DNA from: Octopus vulgaris
Lineage: Eukaryota
DNA: 64,000 bases
Assembly (NCBI GenBank): GCA_951406725.2
Contig: OX597821.1
Span: 3,658,001 to 3,722,000 of the forward strand
Direction: 5' to 3'
A program made the translations under genes and the position numbers. Positions 42,696 to 55,940 of the stretch are shown here, piece after piece. The notes below the pieces were generated by a model. It was not told where the DNA came from. It did not search any database and worked only from the letters and a program-made list of their open reading frames with translations. How positions within the stretch are numbered: position 1 is the first letter of the stretch; each line of letters begins with the position of its first letter.

Positions 42696-43152
42696 TTATG
42701 AGAGGTAATGGTGTCAATAAGACCCAAAGGTGTCAGGAAATGCTGAGTAAGTACTATGATCAAACTATAGTTAAGCTCCATGTTCGGTGATTATGCGAAT
42801 GAGTCCAACGTAGGTCATATTTCAGTATGTATATATATAAAGATCCATTATTTAGGCAGAATATTATGCATATAAGATTCCAGTACCTCACAAGGTACTG
42901 GAATCTTATATGTATACCATTCTGTCTAAATAATGTATCTACATATGCAATATCCCTGCATATCTCATGTCTATTTTCATTCCTCCATTTCAATCACTTT
43001 TTCATCTAGAATAACTATTGCCTAACTTTCCTCTCATACCGTCTCCGATGAAGGGATATATAAAACATCCAGGAAACGGCGGTATGACCTATTTATAAAT
43101 GTTCTAAAATCTTTCACAGCCTTGGATTTTTATCTCATTCTGAAAATGTCTT
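42692..43152. mobile_element. PLE remnant with inversion-junction hairpin (about 42835-42945) and decayed hammerhead (43041-43088)
   Basis: CATATAAGATTCCAGTACCT-loop-AGGTACTGGAATCTTATATG; GUCU CCGAUGA AGGGAU...AUCCAG GAAA CGGCGG UA UGAC; (TA)n on both sides. Confidence 0.55.
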
Positions 43153-44908
43153 TATATATATATATATATCTGTATGTTTGTGTGTGGGATTTTTATGTAG
43201 TTATGTATCAATAATTACGTAGCTATGCATGTATGTACCAGTTACTGTTTACTTCGGTAACACACGCTTCACAAAAGAACCAATCAAACACCAAAACGTA
43301 AAGTCACTATTGAGGTTATATCATATTTTGCCTTTATAACTTAGTATTAGATATATATATATATTTCAGATATTCCCAGCATTTATTGGAGCCTAACACG
43401 ACTCACTCTCAACAACTACAAACCCACTTTTCCACTATTTTATGATACTAACTATCCGAAAAGCGAATTGCTGAACAATAATGGAGAGAAGACCCAAATT
43501 CAACTCTGTTTTCTGGCCTAATACCCACCGCCTATCCATTGGATATCTTTGATGCAGTCTACGTTGTTGCAAATAACTTTGGGACGTTTTGGATACACCA
43601 AATTGACAGAGATTTTAAAAAGTGAACATGAATGCATCGTCCTTGTTTCTGAGTAATCTATCAGAAAATCTCTTATTACATTACATTACATTACATGGTC
43701 GCTTTGTAATAAAATAATTTCTCTTCCTGTACTTAAACTTTTCTTAGTATCCGTCAACACAGGAAAAGATATTTCGTACCGCCACTCTATCTGAGATAAA
43801 TAAATCTCTAAAAGTATAATCAGATTTAATCATTCCCTTTCTCTTTCTAACTCTTAAACCGACGCTATCTTCATAGCTTCAATGCATTATAAATATACAA
43901 ACGGGAACAGAAATAGTCTCTATCCTTCATCTTATGCCGTGTTTCAAATGAAATACACTGAAGTATGCTTGTTTTCGCTTCATTCTCTTGATGTACTTGA
44001 GTTGAAAAGAATTGAGTTAGAGGGGTGCATATTTTGTATCATACTTAACTGCACTTGGTGTTAATTTACCTCCGAGGATGTCTATTCCTGTAAAGGGAAA
44101 GACCAAAGTGAAATAAATTGCAAAGAATTTTCCCACTATTCAATTACTGGATAAGATGACTGAAATGACTTTTAGTTGCAAGGAGGTGTCTTAGCTGCTA
44201 TATATATAATGCAACTGTTCAGTTCTGTCAATACTCAAGACGATTTTCATTCCTAAGGAGGTGTGCCTATAAAGACGTCATGTGTGCCGTAGTATTTAAA
44301 TTTTATAAAGCGATTATCTAATCATATCGATTCCATACAATATGCCTAATAGAAGGTGTAATTTAGCTGTCAGTCGTAAATGACTGATTGCATTATTGGC
44401 ACAAATTGACAGGGGGTACTTATATTTCTCAGCGTGCATGTTGTAAAAGCTGATGCCCAGGGAAATCCGTATTAGTAACAGTAACTGCAAACGCAGGTCG
44501 TTATCCTTTCAGAATTGATACTTTTAACGGGTTTTCCTTGCTTGCAATTTAATTTCTCAATTATGTGTCAGCCGACATGACCAGCAGAAAGCAAGTCTAA
44601 ATTATAAAATTTTGCTTCATTTAATTATATTACGGCCAGATTAATGACACCATTTCACATGCATTCCAAGAAAAAGTTATAAAAATAGTTGAAAATATTT
44701 TTGTGCTCCAAATGATGTCATATATGTTTTTGCTGAAGTTATACCCTAAGGAAAAATATCACAATTTTGACCCGACTTACGATTACAGACTGTTCATTCT
44801 ATACATAGTATTACATTACAAATACTATTTAATAAGACACTTGAATTTCCTCTGTCTGAGATGGACATCCATTAAAGAGGAAATATGTGTATATTCGTAT
44901 ATATATGT

Positions 44909-44965
<57 letters not shown>

Positions 44966-45706
44966 TATAAAGTTAATCCAAACATGAAAGCACAAAAAAC
45001 ACAACAACGCGAGGACGTGGAACAAATATGGTATTATTGGACGCTCAAGAAAGAAGGAAAGAAGGAGGGTTTAACATTTCGAGCGGAGCTCTTCGTCGGA
45101 AACATAAGAAAAGGAAAGATCCAGAGAAGGGAAGACAGAGGAAAAAAAAATCGCCAACGGTACACAGAGCGGTCACATTTTGAATGGGTGGGGGAGAAAG
45201 AAAACGGCAAAGAAGGGATTGAAGGTGCTGGAGGAACGAGTGCAAGTCAGGCATGTTGAGAAGTAGTGAATGTCTGTGTAGGTAAAAGTGGTGGCGACAC
45301 AAGTGGAAAAGTGGAAGTAGAAGAAGAGGACGAGGAAAAAGTGGAAGAGTCACGGACAAATTTTTTTGATTTCCAATCACGATTAGAGTGGCGTACTCCG
45401 GAAGAATGGTAACAGTAATCCGTAGGTGCAAAAATCCAGGAATTTGTTATCCAAGGTACTCAGAAGGCCGGGGTTCGTGTGAGCGTGCGGTATATAAAGT
45501 TAATCCAAACATGAAAGCACAGAAAAACACAACAACGCGGGAACGTGGAACAAATACAGTATTATTGGACGCTCAGGAAAGATGGAATGAAGGAGTGTTT
45601 AACGTTTCGTGCGGAGCTCTTTGTCGGAAACATAGAAGAAGGAAAGATCCAGAGAAGGGAAGAAAGAGGAAAAAAATCACCAACGGTACACACGCGGTCA
45701 CATTTG
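44966..45706 (-). mobile_element. PLE partial tandem: two direct ~215 bp pLTRs (44966-45182, 45493-45706) around a possible ORF-end remnant
   Basis: Direct repeats beginning TATAAAGTTAATCCAAACATGAAAGCAC. Mutated hammerhead cores (CCGACGA, CCGACAA). Spacer on minus has a frameshifted WI...FAP/YGL trace, like WIxxLxTxxPxGLN. Confidence 0.65.
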
Positions 45707-46295
45707 GATGTATATATAAATTTTGATGTATATATAAGTACGTATGTATGCGTGTGTGTAGCTATATATATATGTTTCATCATGTTTTGCATATAGTATA
45801 TTCATTGTAAACATATTTACAACATCGTAAACAACTACCACGTATTATACATAAAATGTTGTTTAAAAATTATATTTTGTGTTGAGTATCAAAAATGATA
45901 CTCTCTCAAAATATATATCTATTTATTTCCATTACACAGAAACACCATACATGTGAAAGCAATAGTTAAATTATTGCTAATATATTCAATAGAAGGAGCA
46001 AACAACAATGTAATTGAAGATTGCAATTTTTAATTGAAAGATATATATATACATATATATATATATATACATATATATATATGCATACATATATTCATAC
46101 ATATATATGTATATATATATGTATATATATGTATATATATATGTATGAATATATGTATGCATATATGTATATGTATATATGTATATATATAAATGTATAT
46201 ATGAATATGTTTATATGTATATATATATACATATATACATATACATATATACACATATATATATACATTTATACATATTCATATATACATATACA

Positions 46296-46327
<32 letters not shown>

Positions 46328-46338
46328 CATATATATAC

Positions 46339-46369
<31 letters not shown>

Positions 46370-46398
46370 CATATATATATATGCATATATATATACAT

Positions 46399-46465
<67 letters not shown>

Positions 46466-46552
46466 ATATCCACACATATATATATATTTATATACATATA
46501 TATATATGCATACATATATATACATATATATATATATACATATATATATATC

Positions 46553-48345
46553 ACCTTGACCGACCAGTCCGTCAGGCGTCCATTTGACACCGCTGGTCAC
46601 AGCACGCTGTCCACTCCCCTCTGGATCGCGTCTTTCTCATCCTCGTAATCTCAATCGTCCTCCTGAAATCGTAACTCCACCGTCGTGGATGTCTTCCTGG
46701 TGGTCTTTTCCGCTCGCGGGGGTACCATTCGACAACTGCGAGGGTCCACCGATTATCGGAGAGCCGGGCGACGTGTCCAGCCCATCTATACTTGCTGCGT
46801 GTATACTCTGCGATGACATCTCTCACGCTGGATTTCTTTCTGATGATCTCACTACTGATGTGCTCTCTCAACGAGATACCAGGCATTGACCTTTCCATGG
46901 CTCTTTGAGCCGTTACCAGTCTTTGCTCTTCTCTCTGTGGTAGCCCATGTTTCACTACTATATAACATTGCAGGCAGAACTGTACTGTTAACGAGGTTGG
47001 CGCGGGTGGTCCTGTCCAAACTTCCCTTGAGCACATTCCTTATGCCATTAAACGCCTTCCATCCGGCCCTTACTCTCCGTGAGATCTCCTTTTCGACATC
47101 TCGGCACATATTCACCTCCTGTCCCAGGTAGACATATTCCCTTACCTCCTCTATTTCATCACTGCCGATCACCATTTGGTACGTTGTCTGACCGAATGAA
47201 CTTTGTTTTCATGCAGTTCATCTTGAGATCTACTGAAGAGCTTTTGATGTCGAGCTCCGTCAGCATGGTCTAAAGCTGATCCGTATTTTCAGCGATGAGT
47301 ACGATGTCGTCAGCGAAATGGAGGTGGGTGAGGGGCTCGCCATTGATGTTGACACCACCTTGCCAGTCGATGTCTCTGATGATCTGTTCGAGACATGCAG
47401 TGAAAAGTTTTGAGGAGATTGTATCTCCTTTCTTCACTCCCTTCTCGACCGGCACTCGTATGGGTGATGTCGGTGGTGCATCCGGAATTTGCCTCTCTGA
47501 GCAGCTGCACATATTGCGCTTCGACTTCTTGCCTGTGTAGTGAGTTCAGCACTGAGTTGGTTTCGACGCTATCAAAGGCCTTCTCATAATCTATAAACGC
47601 AACGCAAAGAGGCAGCTCGTACTCATTTACTCGCTCAAGCAGTTGCGTTAGAGTAAATATATGGTCCATCGTGCTGTAGTTCTTCCGGAATCCTGCTTGT
47701 TCCTTTGGTTGTTGTTCGTCGAGACGAGGTGATAGCCTGTTCAGAATTATCTTCGTGAACAGCTTGTACACGTGAGACAGCAGGCATATGGGTCGGTAGT
47801 TCTTTAGATCTACTCTGTCGCCCTTATACAGTAGGATGGTATTTTACTCTTTCCACTGCGAAGGAATTCTTCCCTCGTCTAGTGCGTAAATCGCTCAGCG
47901 AGGATTTTCCCGAGCTGCTCTCTGCCTGACTTTAGCACCTCGGATGTTTTGCCGTCTTTCCCTGGAGCCTTTCCGTTTTTCATCGAGCCGATGGCTCTCT
48001 CAACCTCACTGACACGGATAGGTGGCACGTTTTCTTCATGTTAGAGTGGTGCTAACGGCTGGACATTTCTGGTAGACTTAAAGAGCTTGGTGTAGAAGTC
48101 TTTCGCAAACTTTTTCCATCTCGCTCTTCTCGTTGACCGGTATTCCATCTGTATTTTTCAGGGCCGTCACCTCCAATCTATATAGTACCATGTCCCTCTT
48201 GCATTTCTTGAGGTTTTTCTTTTCCTCTGCGGCCTTCAAGAGCTTCTCCATCCGGTATGCCTCAAAGTCTTTCTTTAGTTGCTGACGAATCACTCTGCTG
48301 AGAATGGAATATTCAAGGTGATCTTCAATAGTCCTCTTCATATTT
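46553..48345 (-). mobile_element. 5'-truncated RTE-clade LINE, multiply frameshifted
   Basis: YKLFTKIILNRL, EQAGFRKNYSTMDHI, FIDYEKAFDSVE, GVKKGDTISSKLF, HLHFADDIVL, EYVYLGQ, WAGHVAR...RWT..VVEWYPR..KR..GR..RRW. Confidence 0.92.
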
Positions 48346-48349
48346 TTCC

Positions 48350-48393
<44 letters not shown>

Positions 48394-49335
48394 TATAGAT
48401 ATATATACATATATATATATATATACATATTAATTTAGTTTATATTAATACGACACAGCATCATCATTGTCAACATCATCAAGAACAGCAACAGCAATAA
48501 CTACTACTAATACTACTACTACAAAATACCAGCATATTTATGTAAATGTAAGAATCACTCTTCACGAAGCAACAGTGAATATTCCAAACGGACTAACCAA
48601 CCGACACGTTCCGACTACACGACGAACTCAACTCGAACTAACAAACAAACTTCACTCCGACCGCTGCTATTTATAATCGCTCAGTCCAGTCTATTTCTTG
48701 CAAGGGGGCGTCGTGACACTCATTAAAACAATGTGTTATACTCAGTACAATATATTGATGGGAAATATTCTATTTGGAACATATACCAGCAGTTACTGAT
48801 TAATGATACACATCGATTTTCTGTGGTTCGATTGAAAATGTAGCTGTTTTGTTTGTACACTAAACACGTTAATAGGTTATCGATGTATTTCTTATCGAAA
48901 AACAATATACTGACAGTCTCCATTAAGAAATGTTAAGTATGTTAAAACAGGCAGGAAGCATGTAGGTGATAGCTTGACCTGTTAGAATAAACAGCCACAT
49001 CTCCTATAACTGTGGTATAGTATCTTCTACGTTCTGCATTTTAATTTAATTAGTTAGATTTCCTCGAAAGATCAACCCAGTGTTTAATTGTTTTGAAGTC
49101 TGCTACTTATTTTATTAGGCAATTTGGAGGCACCGTTAAGTTACGTTGACCTAAAGAAACAAACTCTTGTAATCAAAATTGTTTAAACAGAGATTTAAAC
49201 ACGATTAATTTCATCCCATATGCATATATATATATATATATATAATATTATTAGAGACAAAACCACTATTTTGCAAAACAAACAAGGAAAGACTTAATCA
49301 ATACATAAAATTTTAATAAAAAGTCAAAAAAACCG

Positions 49336-49378
49336 CCACTACAATTGTTTCTTGTCTTGATCGACAATCTTCAGGTGG
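49336..49378 (-). ncRNA. Minimal type I hammerhead ribozyme motif (mirror copy)
   Basis: Exact reverse complement of 50072-50114. Confidence 0.82.
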
Positions 49379-50071
49379 ACTTCCAATCTAAAATATCAAT
49401 ATTTTAAAATATAAAAATAATAATTTTAAAATAATTAAAGTATTAATGAAAAAATATAAATATATAATCTATTTATAACCTATATATAATCCATATATAA
49501 TCAATATATAAACAATATATAAACTAAAATAAACCTATCAACAATTAAATATAAAATATAAAATATAAAATATAAAATATAAAATATAAAACAAAACAAA
49601 AAATAAAAAATAAACTATATATACACCCATACACATATAACTAATTATATATAACCATATCTAAATACATACACTAAATCACACACCTATATATATATCC
49701 CTATACATACACATAAAAACGTCTAGGCAACGATAAATATATAAAATAGCTAAATACTTCAAAACAATACTTATCCATACTCCCTCACACACACATACAA
49801 CCCACATTCCCGCTCTAGAAACGGACATCACTTAAAATTATGAACGGAGAAATGGAATAAATGGAATTAAAAATTTATATTTTATAGTTTATATTTTATA
49901 TTTAATTGTTGATAGGTTTATTTTAGTTTATATATTGTTTATATATTGATTATATATGGATTATATATAGGTTATAAATAGATTATATATTTATATTTTT
50001 TCATTAATACTTTAATTATTTTAAAATTATTATTTTTATATTTTAAAATATTGATATTTTAGATTGGAAGT

Positions 50072-50114
50072 CCACCTGAAGATTGTCGATCAAGACAAGA
50101 AACAATTGTAGTGG
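50072..50114 (+). ncRNA. Minimal type I hammerhead ribozyme motif, predicted cleavage after A50110
   Basis: CCAC CUGAAGA UUGUC GAUCAA GACAA GAAA CAAUUG UA GUGG: perfect 4-bp stem I, 5-bp stem II, full core, GUA triplet, palindromic stem III. Confidence 0.85.
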
Positions 50115-50309
50115 CGGTTTTTTTTACTTTTTATTAAAATTTTATGTATTGATTAAGTCTTTCCTTGTTTGTTTTGCAAAATAGTGGTTTTGTCTCTAAT
50201 AATATTATATAATATTTTACTATAAAATTGGATTTAATCCTAAATCTGATTTTTTCCCTGTAAATTTGGATTTATTCCCTAATATTTATTATATATATAT
50301 ATATATATA

Positions 50310-50760
50310 TCAATGAGAAAACGAAGAAAATGAAGGAATTGACATGTACACATCAGTTTATTTTAAAATATTCAACGCAATATCATATGCATTTATTTTC
50401 CCTACAGCCGTTTCACTAGCCAATTAATTTAATTAGAAAATTTAAATTAAATTAGTTCAAAATTTTTCATACTGAGACCGGTTAATTGAGTATTTCATCA
50501 GGGAAGAATTTACCCAAAATGAGCTACATTCCAACGGTTTGGTCGACCCTTGACAAACTTGACTGAAATATCCAATTAACCAGTTTCAATATAAACATTT
50601 TTATTTAATTTAATCTAATTTAATTTCTGTACTTGAATTAATTGGCTATAAGAACGGCTGTAGGCATAAGAATTTCATATTAGACTGATTTGAACATCTT
50701 TCAATAAACTGATGTCTGAATGTCAATTTCTCCATTTTTTCTTTTACTCACTCATTAATA
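50310..50760. mobile_element. Older, diverged inverted-repeat PLE remnant
   Basis: ACATCAGTTTATT...CCTACAGCCGTT...TAGCCAATTAATT versus AATTAATTGGCTA...AACGGCTGTAGG...AATAAACTGATGT. Confidence 0.65.
50399..50505 (-). ncRNA. Type I hammerhead motif with long stem II
   Basis: Minus strand: UUCC CUGAUGA AAUACUCAAUUAA...UUAAUUGGCUAGU GAAA CGGCUG UA GGGA. Confidence 0.65.
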
Positions 50761-50860
50761 ATTTAAATACACCTACCCGTCAATACAAAACTAACGTACC
50801 CAGTTTTTCAATGAACACTGGTAAAATCCGGAGAACTAACATGTAAACGTCCCTAAGGAT

Positions 50861-50940
50861 TATAAGTCCTTGGGGTCGATTACTTCGTCTAAAAGGCGGT
50901 GCTCCAGCATTAACGCAGTCAAATGACTAAAACAAGTAAC
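50861..50940 (+). mobile_element. 3' fragment of SINE family 1
   Basis: TAAGTCCTTGGGGTCGAT...AAAGGCGGTGCTCCAGCAT...GCAGTCAAATGACT. Confidence 0.7.
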
Positions 50941-50995
50941 ATAATAAACATACATATATAGGTAGATGCATACATAGATACGTTGGTTGATAAAT

Positions 50996-51085
<90 letters not shown>

Positions 51086-51087
<2 letters not shown>

Positions 51088-51925
51088 GGGTTTGGACACA
51101 ATAATGGTAACACCTAGCATCATAATTTTGAAATATCTATAAAACCGTTAAGAGCTTATTTATTTTTTATGCTTTTTGATCTATTATTAGTGTTGTACAT
51201 TTTGCTGTAAAATTGCTGTATATTTTCAGATATCATCAGAAAGAGGTAATTAAAATTCATTACAATGACAAATCTATCAGACTTTCAAAGAGATCAAAAT
51301 GTTGGAGCTAATATGGCAGACGCTAGCTGAACGAAAACAGCCGAAATGCTTTGTCTATCAATTACTACTGTCTCGAAAGTAATGACAGCCTTTGAGAAAG
51401 AGGGAAAAATCTCCTCGTCGAAAAAATACCCCGAAAGAGAACCAAAACTTTCAGATAGAGTCCGTCGTAATCTTACGGGAATTGTTAGAAAATTACTGCA
51501 GAGCTTAATGACCACCTCGAGAACCCAAGGGCTGCACAAAACCGGATTTTACGGAAGGCCTGCAATCAGAAAACAACTACTTTCAAAAACAAATGTTGCA
51601 AAGCGTTTAGAGTGGAGTAAAACCTACAGAATTGGTCCCAAGAGCAGTGGAAGATAGTTATTTTCTCGGATGATTCATCTTTTACCTTATTTCCGACTAC
51701 CAGCCTAGTATAAGTGTTGAGACAGCCAAAAGAAGCAGTTTACCCAGACTGCCTTTTTCCAACTGTTAAAGATGGAGGAGGATCCGTGATGATCTAGAGG
51801 CGGTGGGGAGGTGCTATATCTTGGAAATGTGCCGTCCCAATGATTTTCCTCCATGGCAGATTTAATAGTCAAGACTATTTACGCATTTTATCTGATCAAA
51901 TTCATCCTATTGCTGCGGAACTGTT
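51086..51925 (+). mobile_element. Tc1-like transposon, decayed and 3'-truncated
   Basis: TIR-like TAGGGGTTTGGACACAATAATGGTAACACC. Peptides MTNLSDFQRDQNVGA...TTVSKVMTAFEKEG (HTH), WKIVIFSDDSSF (W..VIFSDES) and TVKDGGGSVMI (TVKHGGGSVMVW). Confidence 0.88.
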
Positions 51926-53307
51926 TCTACTCCATTAAATCGATCCCAGTAATTCACTGGTACTTAATTCATCGACTTCGAAATGATGAAAGGCAAAGTC
52001 GGTTAAAAAAATATATTTTGGTTAAAAATCAAACCGATATAGTCATAAAGGTCACGTGACTTGTATTTAATAAATCACGGCTTACTAAAAAATTTAAGTG
52101 AACTGGAGATACGAAACGGATCAGCTACAAGGAAATAATAAAGTAGCATCATTATTGAAATCTCTGAAATACTATCCGTTTTCATATTGTTTTGTCGTTA
52201 ATGATGACTACAAACGAGAATGTCTAGTTAGTATCTGGATTTATTAGAAAAACAGGGAAATATTAAATCTAGTTCATAATAAAAGAATAATAATACTAAA
52301 GCATTGTCACTATAGACATAAATTTTGAATATTTTCAGCCGTAAATGGAGACGTTTATTTTTCGATTATTAGAAGTTCTATGAGACTGAAAAATACTGGT
52401 CCGAATTTCGAAGATGTGGTATTTGTTCTTTTTAAAATTTCAATTTCAAAGGAGTTTAATACATTTTCGATAAGGTATAATATCAGAAATTTTCCGCCAT
52501 TGTAGTAGTTTAAATGAAGCCAAACATTTTGTTATTAACGCTTCCCGCAGCATGAATCATATGTTCATTAAAATACTTAATTGAATGCACAATACTATGA
52601 AATTTCTTCGACATATAGATATAGATATACGCTCGATATCATAAGTATTTATGAATACACACAGATTATATACGCATTCTCTCTCCCACACGCACACATG
52701 CACATTAGTTTTAGCAGACATTGACTTCTTCCATCAAAGAGTTTATAACTCTATACGCTGTCCCTCAGTTATTTCTTTAGGATAATCCTCCCGGTGATAA
52801 CATTTTTTGTTTCCTGTCTGTCCATAAGACCGTTACTCTTTATTTATGTGAGTCGCACGTTTTCCCACGTGTTGTCCTGCTTCCTTTCATCTTTCTCTCT
52901 CGTCGGCCCACTAATTGTCTCGTCTTCAATTACATTCATTCCATATTTGTATCTTCACTTTCTGTATCGCATAGTTGTCTATTTCTTGTTTGTTAAGTCA
53001 TTTATCGTCCTGTTTAGTCCATTGTTTGTCAGCTCGCCATCTCCCGGCGACTTCTCTCCGTTGCTGACACCTGGGGATTGTAATATTAATGCTAAGGCGT
53101 AAGATTTCATTTGACCCTCTGGTCGGTAACTCATGAGAATTTCGTGTCCTTCGGTGCCTGCTTCCCGTTTATCTGTACATGGAACGATATGTACGGTTAT
53201 ATTTTTTAACAAGTAATTATTCAAATATATTTGGATGCATATATAGATATATACAAACATAAACATACATTTATAACCAATATCTATATGTATGAATATA
53301 TGTATAC

Positions 53308-53383
<76 letters not shown>

Positions 53384-53518
53384 TACTTTAATTAATATTA
53401 TCAAAGGGTAATCGGAAATATTAGAAATTTCCATTAACAGTGGCCTAGCGTGTAGAAATTTAGTCAATAGACTATATATTATTCATATAGATATAGTGTA
53501 CAATTAAACCCATAGGAC

Positions 53519-53621
53519 TGAGTTTTCAATATTATATTATCGCCGCTTCTGCCTATATACATACTTTGAAAAGACGTAAATATGTACGTATTAATCTATG
53601 TATTTATTTAAGTATGCATAT

Positions 53622-53678
<57 letters not shown>

Positions 53679-53891
53679 ACCCATAAGGAGCCATCATAGG
53701 ACTATCTACACGCTAGAGAGGACAGTTAAATTCCGAACCACCATTAGAGATGAAAATCGAAGGGAATGATAAATAGATGGTAACTGTTTATCTTATTCAT
53801 TCTCTTCGATTTTTATCTCTAATAGTGGTTTGGAATTTAACTGACCTTTCTAGCGCGTAGGTAGTCCTATGATGGCTAACCCTTATGGGTT

Positions 53892-53931
<40 letters not shown>

Positions 53932-54028
53932 TACTTAAATAAATACATAGATTAATACGTACATATTTACGTCTTTTTCAAAGTATGTATATAGGCAGAA
54001 GCGGCGATAATATAATATTGAAAACTCA
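53519..54028. repeat. ~510 bp nested palindrome
   Basis: Outer ~98 bp arms differ by one indel; (TA)n spacers; inner ~105 bp arms are about 90% complementary; centre near 53782. Confidence 0.9.
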
Positions 54029-54526
54029 AATCAATTTACATTGTTAGCCTATGAAAGGTCTCCTATATTTATTCCAACACGTTTCAGAATCGGGAGATGT
54101 TATGGCAAATGAGTGATTCCGATTAATTTCTATGAAATAGGATTTTTTATTGATACATTTGTCGAAGTACTCCTAATAGTTCACTGACCGATTCTTAATT
54201 ACACAAGACACGAAATATAAACAAGTCGTGTTGTGTGTCAGAGCTATATATATGAATTTATCTTTAAAAACCGACATTTCATCATGCAATGGTGTTCTCA
54301 TATATAATCATAATAAACAATTGCGATATTATATCATTCAGGAATAAAAATGAGGAAATATCTATAAAATGATAGTTACGTATTTAGAAATCATAATATA
54401 CATAACGTGATGAATTGGCTAACGTAACACGATCAGTTTATTAAACGATGAATTACTATATTGGCTCGAATGCACAAATTCCTAATACAATATATCGTTG
54501 AAAATTATTACTGTAATCGATATACC

Positions 54527-54710
54527 GGTAAGCTAGAACGTTTGGCAAAATGCTTAGTGGCATTTCATTCGTCTTTACATTCTGATTTCAGATTCCGCTG
54601 AGGTGCACTTTTTGCTTCATCCTTTCAAGGTCGATAAAATAAATACCAGCTGCACACTGGGGTCGATGAAATCGACTTAACCCTCCCTAAATTACTCACA
54701 TTGTGCCATT
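54527..54710 (+). mobile_element. SINE family 2
   Basis: GCAAAATGCTTAG...TTCATCCTTTCAAGGTCGATAAAATAAATACCAG...CTGGGGTCGATGAAATCGACTTAA. Confidence 0.7.
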
Positions 54711-54767
54711 ATTGCCCTTTTTTTTGTTATTGTAGTAGTTAAAACTATGTGCTGCCAGTATGATTAG

Positions 54768-55183
54768 TGGAGGCGCAATGGCCCAGTGGTTAGGGCAGCG
54801 GACTTGCGGTCGTAGGATCGTGGTTTCGATTCCCAGACCGGGCATTGTGAGTGCTTATTGAGCGAAAACACCTAAAGCTCCACGAGGCTCCGGCAGGGTG
54901 TGGTAGTGAACCCTGCTGTACACTTTCACCTCAACTTTCTCTCACTCTTTCTACCTGTTTCTGTTGTACCTGTATTTCAAAGGGCCAGCCTTGTCACACT
55001 CTCTCTCACGCTGAATCTCCCCGAGAACTACGTTAAGGGTACACGTGTCTGTGGAGTGCTCAGCCATTCGCACGTTAATAAATGAGCTGCTGGTCTTCCA
55101 TAAACAACCTTGCCCAGACTTGTGCCTCGGAGAGTAACTTTCTAGTTGCAAAACCATGGTCATTCATGACCGAAGGAGGTCAC
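54768..55183 (+). mobile_element. tRNA-derived SINE, family 3, tail type B
   Basis: GGAGGCGCAATGGCCCAGTGGTTAGGGCAGCGGACTTGCGG...GGTTTCGATTCCCAGACCGGGC head; tail ends CCATGGTCATTCATGACCGAAGG (stem-loop GGTCAT/ATGACC). Confidence 0.85.
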
Positions 55184-55444
55184 AATATATATATGTAAGT
55201 ATACTGTAAAGTGTTAATATGTATACTATATAATATATATTATAAAAATATGTTAGTTTTATTTAATTTCTGAACTGTTGGGCGGCCGTTTGTTTATGTA
55301 GCTTGATTTTTTTATCCATCATTTTTTACTGAGATATAGACGCGAGTAGAATTAATAATAGAGAAAGGAGAATAAAACATTCGAAACAGCCTAAAGGGAG
55401 ATAACTGAGGAAGACTTGAAATCAACGTGAAGTAAATATAACAA

Positions 55445-55606
55445 AATAATCCAGAACCATTGTCCGGTACCAGATCGATCCCAAAATCTAATTTCATGCC
55501 AGTCCCGAGGACAAACATCAAGTGGTTCTTGAGATATTTTGTCTACGGACATAAATCAAAGAAACACGATTGAAAACACCTCTGCCTTAGCGAAGGCGAA
55601 GGTAAC
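55445..55606 (-). mobile_element. Fragment of Helentron-type non-autonomous element
   Basis: Reverse-complement homology to 63072-63243 (ATAATCCAGA..., GATCGATCCCAAAATCTAAT, GATAT..TGTC..CGGACA); terminal CCTCTGCCTT..AAGGCGAAGG palindrome. Confidence 0.55.
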
Positions 55607-55734
55607 AAATAAGTCGGTTGCTGGTCGAAATTATGCTCAGCATCGATATATGTAAGTGCCGCAAAATACATAAATAAATTTTAAAACCAAAATGAAATAA
55701 TTGTCAAAATGTTTAGGAGGATTCATTATTTCTA

Positions 55735-55940
55735 CGAAAGGCACAAGGCCTGAACCTTTGGGGGGAGGGAATTAATCGATTATATCAACCCAAGTGTTCC
55801 AATGGTACTTTATTGATCGACTCCGAAAGGATGAAAAGCAAAGTGGACTTCGGAGTAATTTTAAACCAAAACGTAAAGCCCTACGAAATGCTTGGAAGGC
55901 GTTTCGCCCAGCCTGCTAATGATTCTGCCAGCTTGCCATC
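55735..55940 (-). mobile_element. SINE family 2
   Basis: GGCACAAGGCCTGAA...GATCGACTCCGAAAGGATGAAAAGCAAAGT...CTGCCAGCTTGCC. Confidence 0.72.

Larger units (their letters stand above)
49245..50290. mobile_element. PLE remnant with ~330 bp inverted pLTR arms (about 49247-49575 and 49873-50203) and 3' tail to 50290
   Basis: Near-identical inverted arms, each with an intact hammerhead. Terminus is homologous to the 7068-7570 element. (TA)n on both sides. Confidence 0.82.

Noticed and set aside
53860-53900. CCTATGATGG...CCC-TTAT-GGG, possible ribozyme in the inner palindrome
   Set aside because: Neither CUGANGA nor GAAA is present.
54768-54845. tRNA gene
   Set aside because: A/B-box-like head without a proper cloverleaf, continuing into a repeat body; it is a SINE head.
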